Sequence record: DRR723986_4001 | DNA: 38,618 nucleotides | Strand: one strand, 5' to 3' | Part shown: one piece after another, positions 29,942-38,618 of the stretch | How the letters are laid out: the number at the start of each line of letters is the position of its first letter | Position numbering within the stretch: the stretch's first letter is position 1 | The notes under the pieces: model-generated | Databases searched by the model: none | Told to the model about the DNA's origin: nothing | The model's input: only the letters and a program-made list of their open reading frames with translations | Position numbers and translations under genes: made by a program

Positions 29942-30859
29942 ATGAGCTTTGCGCATCGTTTGAAAAACATTCACCTTCGGCTGATTTCGCAGATAGCACG
30001 CTCCGGAAAGCTACAGATCGCAGCCGAAGAGGTCGCGCTTTCACAGCCGGCAGCCTCCCGGATGTTATCAGAAATCGAGAAGTTGGTGGGAAGGCCTCTG
30101 TTCACCCGTCATGCCAAGGGAATGTTGCCAACCCCTGTGGGAGAGGCCGTCATTCGCCATGCCCGTCAAATTCTTCAAGGTTTTGATACGCTGGCCTTGG
30201 ATGTTGCCAATATTGCCAGTGGGCGGGCCGGGTCCGTTCGCATTGGCACAGTGACCGGCCCTGCTGTGGGACTCATCGTTCCGGTTGTGCGCGCCATGCG
30301 CATGCAGGCTCCCCAAGTTGAATTCACCATTGAGGTTGCCCCTTCTACGACGCTGATGCGTGGTTTGGATGAGGGAATATTTGATTTTGTGGTCGCAAGG
30401 CCACCTCAGGATTTTGACAGCCAGATGTATCGCATCTATCCGGCCCGCAACGAAGTTGTGTCGATGTTGGTCTATCAAGATCACCCGATGGCCAATCGAG
30501 CCTCGATCAACCTTAGGGATCTGACGGATTTTGAATGGATCATCCAGGATCACGGCACCCCGATCCGGGCCGCAGTGGAAACCGCGTTTCACGCCAATCA
30601 GGTCACGATGCCCTCTCAGATCACCAACACGTCCTCACTGCTTGTGGCACTGGCTCTGTTGGAACAATCAACGGCCATCGCATCGCAATCTCATGAGGTT
30701 GTCGAACTGCTTGCTGTTTCGGCATTGGACATGAATGTCGTGCGGTTGGACGTTGTCGAAGAGATCTTCGTCTCACCGTTCTTTGTAATCGCCCGCGCGG
30801 ATCGGGAATTGTCGCCCATCGCGTCGCTTGTCATTCAGGAAACGTTCCGAAACATCTAA
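29942..30859 (+). CDS. gbpR: LysR family regulator, GbpR-like
   Basis: HTH AAEEVALSQPAASRMLSEIE, LFTR, VRIGTVTGP; divergent from chvE as in Agrobacterium. Confidence 0.85.
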   Translation: MSFAHRLKNIHLRLISQIARSGKLQIAAEEVALSQPAASRMLSEIEKLVGRPLFTRHAKGMLPTPVGEAVIRHARQILQGFDTLALDVANIASGRAGSVRIGTVTGPAVGLIVPVVRAMRMQAPQVEFTIEVAPSTTLMRGLDEGIFDFVVARPPQDFDSQMYRIYPARNEVVSMLVYQDHPMANRASINLRDLTDFEWIIQDHGTPIRAAVETAFHANQVTMPSQITNTSSLLVALALLEQSTAIASQSHEVVELLAVSALDMNVVRLDVVEEIFVSPFFVIARADRELSPIASLVIQETFRNI

Positions 30860-30860
30860 C

Positions 30861-30896
30861 GCCGGGGTCAAAGACGCCATTGGCACCTAACCCGGC
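30861..30896. terminator. Imperfect hairpin between convergent genes
   Basis: GCCGGG...CCCGGC outer stem with an inner GCCA/TGGC stem. Confidence 0.35.
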
Positions 30897-30920
30897 AGTA
30901 TCTGAATCATGGCAGGGCAA

Positions 30921-32156
30921 TTATTGCGGCTGGTTAATCTCGCGCAGAAACGCGGCGACCTCCTTTTCCCAAAAACTTGGCATGACGATCACCCTGTGCC
31001 CGTTTCCGTACCCCGGAAGCTTCACAACATGAAGTTTGCTTTGTGCGCCGCTTGCGGCCAAATGCGCAACATTGGCCTTGGAGTGCTCAATGCTGTAATA
31101 GGGATCTTCTTCTCCGTAGATCGACAAAACCAAACCATCGTAAGCGCCGATGCGCTTGAAGAGTGTTGGGTTGATTGACGCCTCACCTTTCTTACCAGTC
31201 CATCCGCCTACAAAGTTGATCACGCCCGCAACCCCGTCGGGCATGCTCCCAGCTTGCAGAATTGCGACCACACCGCCTCTTGAGATTCCGCCAACAAGAA
31301 CCTTCCCCCGTTGCACGTCAGCGCGTTCGCCCAGTGCAACAAGGGCCGCATTTGCATCTGTCAGCGCCCTTTCGGCTCCGGGAAGGGAGAGCGCCGCCTT
31401 TGGGGAGTATCCCTCAGACCGATCCAACGCGAAACCTTCGTCATAAAGCCCATCTGACAAGCCTCGCCCGCGCCGATAGGGAAACGCGACAAGCCACCCA
31501 TGTTCATTGAGCAAATCGGCAAGCCAGTCGCTGGTCCAGATCCGGTCAAAGTCCCTTGGCTGCGTGCCTGATCCGGTGGATCCATGGTGGATCAAGGCAA
31601 GCGGGAATGGCCCTTCTCCCGGTGGTGGATAGGTTATGACAGTCAGCCGAACCGCCTTACCATCTTCAACAAGGTCTGTCTGAACGAATTCATTCCGGCC
31701 AATGGAAAACCAGTCTTGGTCTGGCGTTGCCAGAATTCTTGATAAGTCCTGTCTCTGTAGAACGGCAAAACCTGCATCCGAACCAAACACACCGCGAATC
31801 CGGCCAGACCCCGACATCGCATAGCGCGCCGGGAACCCGTCATCGGAAAAGACGAGGGTCTTGCCGTTTACCTGTGCCTGACGCCTGAACCACCGTCCCC
31901 GAGCATTGAAGTCGTTCCCAACCGCATAGATGACATCGGCAGAGCCATCGGGTCTCACCTGCTCTACAATGAGGATGTGGTTGCGCCATCCATCCCATTG
32001 GCCGACCCAGGTCCCGACAAATTCCGAACTTGCCGATGCCGGCTCGGTCGCATCATCCGGCAGAGGGACATTGCCAATGAGCACCGCCTCCTGCGCATAG
32101 GTGCCACTTGTTAGGAACAAAAACAGGGCAACGACCTGCAACAATGATTTCAGCAT
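30921..32156 (-). CDS. Secreted alpha/beta hydrolase (dienelactone-hydrolase-like) with an extra N-terminal domain
   Basis: Signal peptide; HHGS, nucleophile elbow GISRGG, GEEDPY, GNGH (Ser-Asp-His order). Confidence 0.8.
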   Translation of the reverse strand: MLKSLLQVVALFLFLTSGTYAQEAVLIGNVPLPDDATEPASASSEFVGTWVGQWDGWRNHILIVEQVRPDGSADVIYAVGNDFNARGRWFRRQAQVNGKTLVFSDDGFPARYAMSGSGRIRGVFGSDAGFAVLQRQDLSRILATPDQDWFSIGRNEFVQTDLVEDGKAVRLTVITYPPPGEGPFPLALIHHGSTGSGTQPRDFDRIWTSDWLADLLNEHGWLVAFPYRRGRGLSDGLYDEGFALDRSEGYSPKAALSLPGAERALTDANAALVALGERADVQRGKVLVGGISRGGVVAILQAGSMPDGVAGVINFVGGWTGKKGEASINPTLFKRIGAYDGLVLSIYGEEDPYYSIEHSKANVAHLAASGAQSKLHVVKLPGYGNGHRVIVMPSFWEKEVAAFLREINQPQ

Positions 32157-32230
32157 CCTTGACTCTCACGTGACCCTGTCACGTCCTTTTGCTTGGTTCG
32201 TTTCTATGCGCGGCAGTCTGGTACAGGCCT

Positions 32231-32722
32231 TCATATCGCAAGCAAGAGCATCGTCGCAAAACCCCAGAGCGTCATTTGATAATGTGTGTTCTGCGCACCC
32301 TCGTGACAGAACCAATAGCAGAACCAATTGCCAACGATAAGAAAACCGGCCCATGTGCAGGTGAACAAGAGCGCTCCCAGCAAGGCCCATGCGCGTGCGG
32401 CATCGGGCTCCACACCTCCAAACACCGCCAGCACAAGGGTGACCACCCCAGCCCAAAGTGCCAACACCGCGACAAGTTCCCACAGAACGATCAGGAAGAA
32501 CAATCCATTGAGTGCTTTTGGATTGGTGATGCGTCGGTGCGCCACACGCGCATAGGCGTCCGGGTATTGTTCTCTCATGCGGGTGAAATCCAGCACCTCG
32601 CTTGTGAAGGTCCGGTTGAGGTCGGCGTAAAACACATTCTCAAAAACACCCGTGGACAACCAGGCGGCCAAAAACATCGTGGCCGAGGCTTGGGCGATCA
32701 AAAGTACAATTTCAAACGACAT
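32231..32722 (-). CDS. DUF2165-like small membrane protein
   Basis: Four hydrophobic segments; EN...N, R(R)IT and GFLIVGNWFCYW pattern. Confidence 0.7.
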   Translation of the reverse strand: MSFEIVLLIAQASATMFLAAWLSTGVFENVFYADLNRTFTSEVLDFTRMREQYPDAYARVAHRRITNPKALNGLFFLIVLWELVAVLALWAGVVTLVLAVFGGVEPDAARAWALLGALLFTCTWAGFLIVGNWFCYWFCHEGAQNTHYQMTLWGFATMLLLAI

Positions 32723-32767
32723 TGTTTCACCTGTGAAATTGGCAGACGCAAGGACCTGCCCTAATTG

Positions 32768-33673
32768 TCAAAGCTGCTGCTGGTCTGCTGAAGCAGGGAT
32801 GCGCATTGTCTCAATTCCGTCCGCAGCTGTCACCGAACAACAGATGCTGGAAAGGGTACGTGGCTGGTCATAAGGCCATGGCCGCCCGCGATGCAGCACC
32901 GCCCGTTGATCCCAGATCAGTACATCACCAACCTCCCAATTGTGGGAATAGGAAAACTCAGGTTGCGTGCAAAACGCCATCAGCTCATCCAAAAGCGCCT
33001 GGCTTTCGGCCTCGTCATAGCCGTCGACCTGATATGCATGTGATGCGATGTAAAGCGCCTCCTGACCGTTCACCGGGTTGGTCCAGATCGCGTTCCAATG
33101 GGTTGCGGGCCATTTGTGAAACATCGGCAGCTTGGCCAGTTCCGGCGAAATTTTTGCGCGCGAGGTGGCGTAGTGATGCCAAATTCCGCGCCCCCGAATA
33201 CGATCACGCAGGGTCTCGGGCATCGCGGCCCATGCCGCACGGGTCGAGGCAAGTTCGGTCTGGCCACCTTCGGTGGGCAGCACACGGGCAGTAATGATGT
33301 TGGTCAATGCTGGCGTCGGGATAAAGGTGCTGTCCGCATGCCAAAGGAAATTCGATTGCAAGTTCAAAGTGTGCAAATCCATCTCTCCTGTCACAGATCC
33401 GTCGTCGCGCACATTGGTCACTTTTGGAACTTTGAATTCTTCGCCGGGTTTGCGTTCATCCGCGAGGCGATCTTCAATCGGACCAAAAGCCCGCCCCAAC
33501 TCCAGATGGGCTTCGTCGCTGAGGTCTTGCCCTCGGAACAGCAGCGCCGAATGGGTTTCGAACAAGTCACGCAATTCCCCGAAACGGCCCGAGGGGACAA
33601 TATCGGCGATGTTGGCATTGGTGACTTCAACGCCAAAGGCCGGGGTGATCGGGGTGGTCGCAAAAGATGTCAT
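32768..33673 (-). CDS. TauD/TfdA family Fe(II)/2-oxoglutarate dioxygenase
   Basis: WHADS (HxD), GGQTELA, WDQRAVLHRG; ATGA overlap with the upstream gene. Confidence 0.92.
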   Translation of the reverse strand: MTSFATTPITPAFGVEVTNANIADIVPSGRFGELRDLFETHSALLFRGQDLSDEAHLELGRAFGPIEDRLADERKPGEEFKVPKVTNVRDDGSVTGEMDLHTLNLQSNFLWHADSTFIPTPALTNIITARVLPTEGGQTELASTRAAWAAMPETLRDRIRGRGIWHHYATSRAKISPELAKLPMFHKWPATHWNAIWTNPVNGQEALYIASHAYQVDGYDEAESQALLDELMAFCTQPEFSYSHNWEVGDVLIWDQRAVLHRGRPWPYDQPRTLSSICCSVTAADGIETMRIPASADQQQL

Positions 33674-35088
33674 GAGGGCGTCCCAGAAGTGGTTTTGGCT
33701 TGGATTTCTTCGGGCGTCAGATCCTTGACAAGCTCCCATGCCGTGGATTTCGCGCTGTTCAAAAGCCCTTTGGGATCAAGGCGCTTTTTCCAGGCCAGAT
33801 GGCTGTAATCGGCATTGTGCAGCCCGCCCCGTTCAACTTGATTTGAGTGGGCGTCATAGACGGCAAAGCCGTGATCGCTGTAGGTTTGGTTTATCGCGTC
33901 CAAACGGTCTTTGCCCGAGTACCAGATGATCGGCAGATCGATTGCACTCACCACGCCAGCCAACTTCAGAAACTCATGGTGGGTCCAGACATCATCGCCC
34001 AAATCATCCCGCAGCCGCGCAATCGCCGTGGCATCGGACGGATCCGGCACACCAATTTGCTGATAGGTCGCCGAACGGTCGGATTTCAGGACTTGCAGGG
34101 TGGTGTGGTTGTAGCAGAATTCAAACGCATGCGGGATCTTCCTGGCCTCGCGGTCTGCATCATTCAACGCCAGATCCACATGGCCGCCGAACTGCGCGAT
34201 AAGCGCGCGATAATCTGGCACGTCACCCGCGGGCACATAGGCAACAAGCAAACTACACCCCTCACGCACGTGCCCCTTGAGCCGCGGAAAGTAGTCAACA
34301 ATCCGCGCATCCACTACGCTGGCCAACTTGGGGGCCATGTTGTCCGCCGTGGCAAGGGCATATCCAGCTGCGTAAGCCTCTTGGTAGTGATCAAAGGTCG
34401 CCATGCAAGCGATCCAGTCGTACGTTGGCACGGTGCGCAGGGTGACTTCGGTGATCACGCCGTTCAGGCCCCAGGCGTGGTGAATTTTCAGGACATCTTC
34501 GCCTTCGAACAGGTGTTCCTGCGGTTCCCCCTCAAGCGACAAAACCTGCAACGCGATCAGATTGCCCGGCTCGCGCAGGGCGCCTGAGGCCAAAGACCCG
34601 ATGCCGGCCGAACCGCCAGCAACAAATCCGCCGACGGTTGCGATGTCTTGGGTGGAAGGGAACATGGCCATTTCCTGCCCGGTTTCCTTGAGGGCGGCAT
34701 TCATATCCGCCATCAACGCACCCGCTTCGGCGCGAATGAAACCGTCACCGATCTCCAGTACCCGGTTCATGTGCGTCGTTTCGATGATCAGCCCGCCATC
34801 CACCGGCACGGCCTGACCATAATTGCCCGTCCCGCCCCCGCGCAGGACTACCGGCACATCTGCCTCATAGGCCACTTTCAGGCAATGTTTCATCTCATCT
34901 GCGGTTTTTGGAACCGCCACAAGGTCGCCAAAACACCGCTTGAGTTCCTGATTCAGGATCGGGCTGTACCAGAAAAAGTCACGCGACCGTTTTTTGACCA
35001 GCACCGGTTCGTCAATCACTTCGACAGGGTCAAGACGGGCCGCAAAAGCACCCCAGTCGATTTCGTTTTTCCCGGAAATGGATGTCAT
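33670..35088 (-). CDS. FAD-binding oxidoreductase (PCMH/GlcD-like)
   Basis: AGGAGAG RBS; SRDFFWYSP, RGGGTGNYGQ, ATVGGFVAGG, DPKGLLN. Confidence 0.9.
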   Translation of the reverse strand: MTSISGKNEIDWGAFAARLDPVEVIDEPVLVKKRSRDFFWYSPILNQELKRCFGDLVAVPKTADEMKHCLKVAYEADVPVVLRGGGTGNYGQAVPVDGGLIIETTHMNRVLEIGDGFIRAEAGALMADMNAALKETGQEMAMFPSTQDIATVGGFVAGGSAGIGSLASGALREPGNLIALQVLSLEGEPQEHLFEGEDVLKIHHAWGLNGVITEVTLRTVPTYDWIACMATFDHYQEAYAAGYALATADNMAPKLASVVDARIVDYFPRLKGHVREGCSLLVAYVPAGDVPDYRALIAQFGGHVDLALNDADREARKIPHAFEFCYNHTTLQVLKSDRSATYQQIGVPDPSDATAIARLRDDLGDDVWTHHEFLKLAGVVSAIDLPIIWYSGKDRLDAINQTYSDHGFAVYDAHSNQVERGGLHNADYSHLAWKKRLDPKGLLNSAKSTAWELVKDLTPEEIQAKTTSGTPS

Positions 35089-36332
35089 GCGATCTCTCCT
35101 TTGTGCACATCTGACAGCGACTTCGGGCGTCCGGCGCCCGACAGGATGTCCGATGTGGATGTTACGTCGAACAACAGGAGATCCCCGATTGCTGCCCCGT
35201 CGACAAAAATGGGCGCAAGGCCAAGCGCCTGCCGGGCGTTGGTGGTGATCATTGGTAAATAGTTGCCGAATGGCGGATCCAGATGCGCCGCCAGCACAGC
35301 CGTTGCCAAAGACTGACACGGATCATGTTGCCCCAGCGGGCAAAATGCATCGCGCACATTGTCCGTTCCAACAGCCAATGGCACCCCTGCCGCGCCGAGT
35401 TCTCGCATGCGGGTGATCCCGCGCCGATCCGGGGTGCCATCGACGCGCCCCTGTAGATAGAGATTGGTGCTGGGAAGGGCCGCCACTGTAAGCCCGGCGC
35501 GCGCGATCTTGTCAATCAATCGGGTCAAATCTGAACCGTTCAAGTTTGCCATGCTGCAGGCATGCCCGCACAGAACGGGCCCCTCAAAGCCACATGCAAT
35601 GGCCGCATCTGCAATCATCTCAAGCCCGTTCAGGCCCTCTGCCAGCCCCTCATCAACGTGGAAATCCAGCGCCAGACCAAATTGATCAGCCATGCGAAAC
35701 GCATTTTCGATCCCCTGTCTGCGGCTGGGTTGGTCCAACACAAAGGCACCCAACACACCGCTTGTCTTGGCGGCCAAAGCTGCGGTGACTTTGGCGATGT
35801 CGTGGTTTGCCAGATCCGCAATTCCCATCAGAGGGGCCACTTGCAGCGTCACCTCGTCCCTGTAGTCCTGTCCAAGCGTGTTCAAAACCTGCCAAGCCAG
35901 CGGCGGTTCAAAAGCCTCGGCGCCATGGGTCCAGTCCACATGGCTGCGCACAACATCGCAACCGCTTGCAATCAGTTCCTGCAAGCCGCGTTTGGCGCGG
36001 TTTCGAATGTCATCGACCGTCCATGTTGCACGGTCGGCGGCCTGCGCAGCAATGGCGGCGCGCAAATCCCCGCCGATGCCTGTCATACGTGAGATGCTGT
36101 GGCATTTGTCCAGATGCACGTGACACTCTGTCAACTTTGGCATCACCAGATATTCCAGCTGTGTCTGCAGGTTCGATTGGGCCATCCCGAGGATTTTGCC
36201 ATTTCGAATGATCAGATCCCCCTGCAAGCAATCCTGACGCATTTGACCGCCAAACCGATCCGGTTTTGCCAGCATGGAGATGGGCACCGAAACACCCCTG
36301 AGGGTCTGATCAGAAGATACTGGCATATTCAT
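35085..36332 (-). CDS. Cytosine-deaminase-like amidohydrolase (possible pterin deaminase)
   Basis: HVHLDK, FHVDE, GHACS, GTDNVRD metal-site motifs. Confidence 0.88.
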   Translation of the reverse strand: MNMPVSSDQTLRGVSVPISMLAKPDRFGGQMRQDCLQGDLIIRNGKILGMAQSNLQTQLEYLVMPKLTECHVHLDKCHSISRMTGIGGDLRAAIAAQAADRATWTVDDIRNRAKRGLQELIASGCDVVRSHVDWTHGAEAFEPPLAWQVLNTLGQDYRDEVTLQVAPLMGIADLANHDIAKVTAALAAKTSGVLGAFVLDQPSRRQGIENAFRMADQFGLALDFHVDEGLAEGLNGLEMIADAAIACGFEGPVLCGHACSMANLNGSDLTRLIDKIARAGLTVAALPSTNLYLQGRVDGTPDRRGITRMRELGAAGVPLAVGTDNVRDAFCPLGQHDPCQSLATAVLAAHLDPPFGNYLPMITTNARQALGLAPIFVDGAAIGDLLLFDVTSTSDILSGAGRPKSLSDVHKGEIA

Positions 36333-36336
36333 CCCG

Positions 36337-37122
36337 TCACCCCCGATGATCGAAAGAGGCAAATTCCAACAGGAACGCAGCAAAGTTTCGCGCCGCACTG
36401 TCCAGCAAGTGTCGCCCTTTTTCTGCGGTTGCAGCCGAGGCATCGCCGCAGGCACCTTTGTCATTCAGATCATCAATAATCCAACCGGGGCGCGCGGCCT
36501 GTCCTGTCAAACCGATAAACTGGTTGCGCTGTTCCCAATCCTGCATCGCGGTCGCAAAGTTCTCGGCTTTGGTCATGTCGACCAAATGCGGCTTTGCGGC
36601 CAGCATGGGTGAGGTTTCGCAATCTCCGGCATGCAGATCATAGGCCATGCCCTTTGGATCCATTACCCCATCCCAATCTGCGAACCCAAACCACGAACAG
36701 GTCGCCACAATCAGATCTTGAGAAATGCGCAGATCCCGTGCGGCAATGTCCAGAACGGCATTATTGCCCCCATGCCCATTGAGAAACACAATGCGCCGCA
36801 CCCCTGACCGCGCGATGGAGGCACCGATATCGCGCAGGGTGGCCAACATGGTTTCTGCCGAAAGGCTCAGCGTGCCCGGATGGCGGTGATGCTCATTTGA
36901 CTTGGTGATTGTAAGCGTTGGCAGGATCAGAATGCTCTGGCTCGAAGACAACAACGGCAGCACCCGTTGAAGCGTGGCCTCAACCAAATCGCGATCAACC
37001 GAAACCGGCAGATGTGGCCCGTGCTGCTCAATCGCACCGACAGGCAAAACCGCGACCAGATCCTCTGGCAGATCCCGAAATACGGTTGATTTCTGATCGG
37101 CCCAATACCCCTGAACACTCAT
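36337..37122 (-). CDS. Creatininase family amidohydrolase
   Basis: EQHGPHLP..D, NGHGGN, HAG..ETS motifs. Confidence 0.92.
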   Translation of the reverse strand: MSVQGYWADQKSTVFRDLPEDLVAVLPVGAIEQHGPHLPVSVDRDLVEATLQRVLPLLSSSQSILILPTLTITKSNEHHRHPGTLSLSAETMLATLRDIGASIARSGVRRIVFLNGHGGNNAVLDIAARDLRISQDLIVATCSWFGFADWDGVMDPKGMAYDLHAGDCETSPMLAAKPHLVDMTKAENFATAMQDWEQRNQFIGLTGQAARPGWIIDDLNDKGACGDASAATAEKGRHLLDSAARNFAAFLLEFASFDHRG

Positions 37123-37208
37123 CTGCCAGCCCTCGCCGACAGCGATTCCGCATTCATTTTGGCTGGGGCGACACCCCAATAGCATGACAAAAGCACACGC
37201 GGCTCCAT
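37119..37208 (-). other. Possible 29-aa leader ORF or gene remnant (MEPRVLLSCYWGVAPAKMNAESLSARAGR)
   Basis: AAGGAGG SD 5 nt before ATG 37208; its TGA overlaps the creatininase start codon (ATGA). Confidence 0.4.
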
Positions 37209-37336
37209 ATCGCCCTCCTTGACGAGTTTGGTTTGCGTGGCCCTAAAGAATAGTCTGTGCCAGAGATGTATCTTTATGCTTGCAAAGTTCTATTGCTAAG
37301 GCAAGCCTTATCGGCAGATAGGAAAAGGGCTACGAA

Positions 37337-37726
37337 ATGAAAGAGTTAACCCCAGACACCATCAGGCCGCCCTTTGCACGCTACGCCCATGGTGTAGAAA
37401 TTCCCGCGCATTGGCGGATCGTACAGACCTCTGGTCAACTGGGGATTCGGGCAGATGATTTCATCCCCGAAGATGCATTTTCCCAAGCTGTTATCTGCTT
37501 TGAGGCGGTGCGCGAAATTCTGAAGTCCGCAGGCATGAACGTCAATGATGTTGCGCATATTTCAGCCTATGTGACCGAGCGAGAACATATGGCCGGCTAC
37601 ATGCGTGCCAGAGACGGATTTATGGCACATGCCACCAGAGTGCCCAGTTCGACCTTGTTGATCGTTTCGGGTTTCACCCGACCTGAGTTCAAGGTGGAGG
37701 TTGAGGTGCTCGCGGCGGCACCTTGA
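37337..37726 (+). CDS. RidA/YjgF/UK114 family protein
   Basis: YAHG, TSGQLG, VEVEVLA; PSST where RidA has PARS. Confidence 0.9.
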   Translation: MKELTPDTIRPPFARYAHGVEIPAHWRIVQTSGQLGIRADDFIPEDAFSQAVICFEAVREILKSAGMNVNDVAHISAYVTEREHMAGYMRARDGFMAHATRVPSSTLLIVSGFTRPEFKVEVEVLAAAP

Positions 37727-37829
37727 GGGATACGGGCCACAACAGTGGGTCTTTTGCCGGCGATGTCCTGACCAGCAAAGCGACAATGAAATCGATCCGA
37801 ACGACGCAGGGACAGAACCCAGCCCAATG

Positions 37830-37857
37830 AAAAAGCGGCACCTCGAAAGATGCCGCT
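37830..37857 (-). terminator. Rho-independent terminator of the last minus-strand gene
   Basis: Minus strand AGCGGCATCT-TTCG-AGGTGCCGCT followed by TTTT. Confidence 0.8.
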
Positions 37858-37880
37858 CCTTGGACGCTACAGATCTTTGA

Positions 37881-38618
37881 TCAGACGATGAATTCTTCCA
37901 TTTCATCACCCGCAGTGGCATCCGTCTCTTCCTCGGTGCCTGCCCCGCTCATCAGGGACATGACATCTTCGAGGACAATATCGCTGTCGTCCTGACCGTC
38001 GCCATCCATAAAGTCGGGATGGTCACTGCCTGACACACCTAGGACTTCTCCTCCGGTTCCGTCGCTGTCGACGATCACCCGCATGCCGTTCAAGTCGATA
38101 TCTTCAAGCGTCACCGGACCGTCATCTGACCACAGCGTAAAGCTGGTGTTGTTTACACTGCCCTCAGAGCTGTCAGGCTCGGTGCCGAATTGCAGTCCAA
38201 CGTCAAAGTTCTGACCGACCCCTGCGCCGTTTGGCAAGGCAGACACCCCGTTCGCTTCGGCTTGAATGTCCGTAACGTTGTGGCTGTTTTCCTCGGGGAA
38301 GAAGTTGAGCGAGCCCAACTGGCTGTCATCGGCCATGTCAAAGAATATGCCGTCGATGTCGGATGGCGATCCTGCGAAATCGGTTTGGCTCATGTTGAAG
38401 TGCAACTGGCCTTCCGGTGTTTCGGTGACGGAGATGTTGATCTCTGCCGGGTCACCCATGACGAAGTTCAGAACCGATTTGTCGCTTGCAGGTGGATCGA
38501 CGGGATCACCGCCGCCATTGGTGCCGCCGGACCCTGATCCATTCGAACCGCCAGAGCCGGAGCCACGTGTCCCGCCAGAACCAGAACCGCGCGTGCCACC
38601 GGAGCCGGAACCCTTCGT
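37881..38618 (-). CDS. Acidic hypothetical protein with a Gly/Ser repeat linker, 5' truncated by the window edge
   Basis: Frame stays open from the edge: TKGSGSGGTRGSGSGGTRGSGSGGSNGSGSGGTNGGGDPVDPPASDKSVLNFVMGDPAEI...; own terminator downstream. Confidence 0.8.
   Translation of the reverse strand, partial: TKGSGSGGTRGSGSGGTRGSGSGGSNGSGSGGTNGGGDPVDPPASDKSVLNFVMGDPAEINISVTETPEGQLHFNMSQTDFAGSPSDIDGIFFDMADDSQLGSLNFFPEENSHNVTDIQAEANGVSALPNGAGVGQNFDVGLQFGTEPDSSEGSVNNTSFTLWSDDGPVTLEDIDLNGMRVIVDSDGTGGEVLGVSGSDHPDFMDGDGQDDSDIVLEDVMSLMSGAGTEEETDATAGDEMEEFIV
38523..38618 (-). repeat. In-frame 24-nt tandem repeat encoding [TS][KRN]GSGSGG, at least 4 copies
   Basis: Manual translation; copies differ at synonymous positions. 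Confidence 0.85.

Noticed and set aside
28737-30859. chvE/gbpR as evidence of a plant-virulence system
   Set aside because: No vir genes present; the context is purely sugar uptake and catabolism.
92-37185. Long N-terminal extensions in the ORF track (starts 92, 952, 11008, 14924, 25940, 29921, 33739, 35319, 36464, 37185)
   Set aside because: They overlap upstream genes or regulatory sites; downstream ATGs with an SD or stop/start overlap fit the protein families better.
37247-37263. Possible sigma54 promoter on the minus strand (CTGGCACAGACTATTCT)
   Set aside because: Good -24 element, but the -12 GC is missing (ATTC instead of TTGC).
37278-37310. Inverted repeats GCTTGC/GCAAGC and TAAGGC/GCCTTA upstream of the Rid gene
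   Set aside because: Only 6-bp arms and no regulator nearby; cannot be distinguished from chance.
38523-38618. CRISPR-like or mobile repeat
   Set aside because: The 24-nt units are contiguous, in frame, synonymously varied and have no spacers; this is a coding repeat.

Overview
GC-rich alphaproteobacterial DNA (Rhodobacteraceae/Roseobacter-like, inferred from gene content), almost entirely catabolic genes. No rRNA, tRNA, CRISPR array or mobile element was recognised. Five blocks: (1) 1-5286, the end of a CUT1 sugar ABC operon with a Gfo/Idh/MocA oxidoreductase, then a solitary iolC kinase-aldolase fusion. (2) 5291-20701, an uncharacterised catabolic island: MocD-like membrane di-iron oxygenase, MocE-like Rieske ferredoxin, a divergent PanB-like protein lacking the canonical Mg2+ ligands, a mutarotase-like protein, two SDRs, a LacI repressor with twin operators, three Gfo/Idh/MocA genes (the last broken by an in-frame TAG), a TIM-barrel isomerase and a CUT2 ABC importer. 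(3) 20704-30859, chvE-mmsA-mmsB(gguAB) with the non-phosphorylative L-arabinose pathway and a divergent GbpR-like LysR. (4) 30921-37726, a secreted alpha/beta hydrolase and a creatininase / cytosine-deaminase-like / FAD-oxidoreductase / TauD / DUF2165 operon with a divergent Rid gene. (5) A truncated acidic protein with Gly/Ser octapeptide repeats. The best candidate for an undescribed system is block 2, inferred to remove a one-carbon (methyl) group from a sugar or cyclitol. All functional calls come from motif recognition only; no searches were run.
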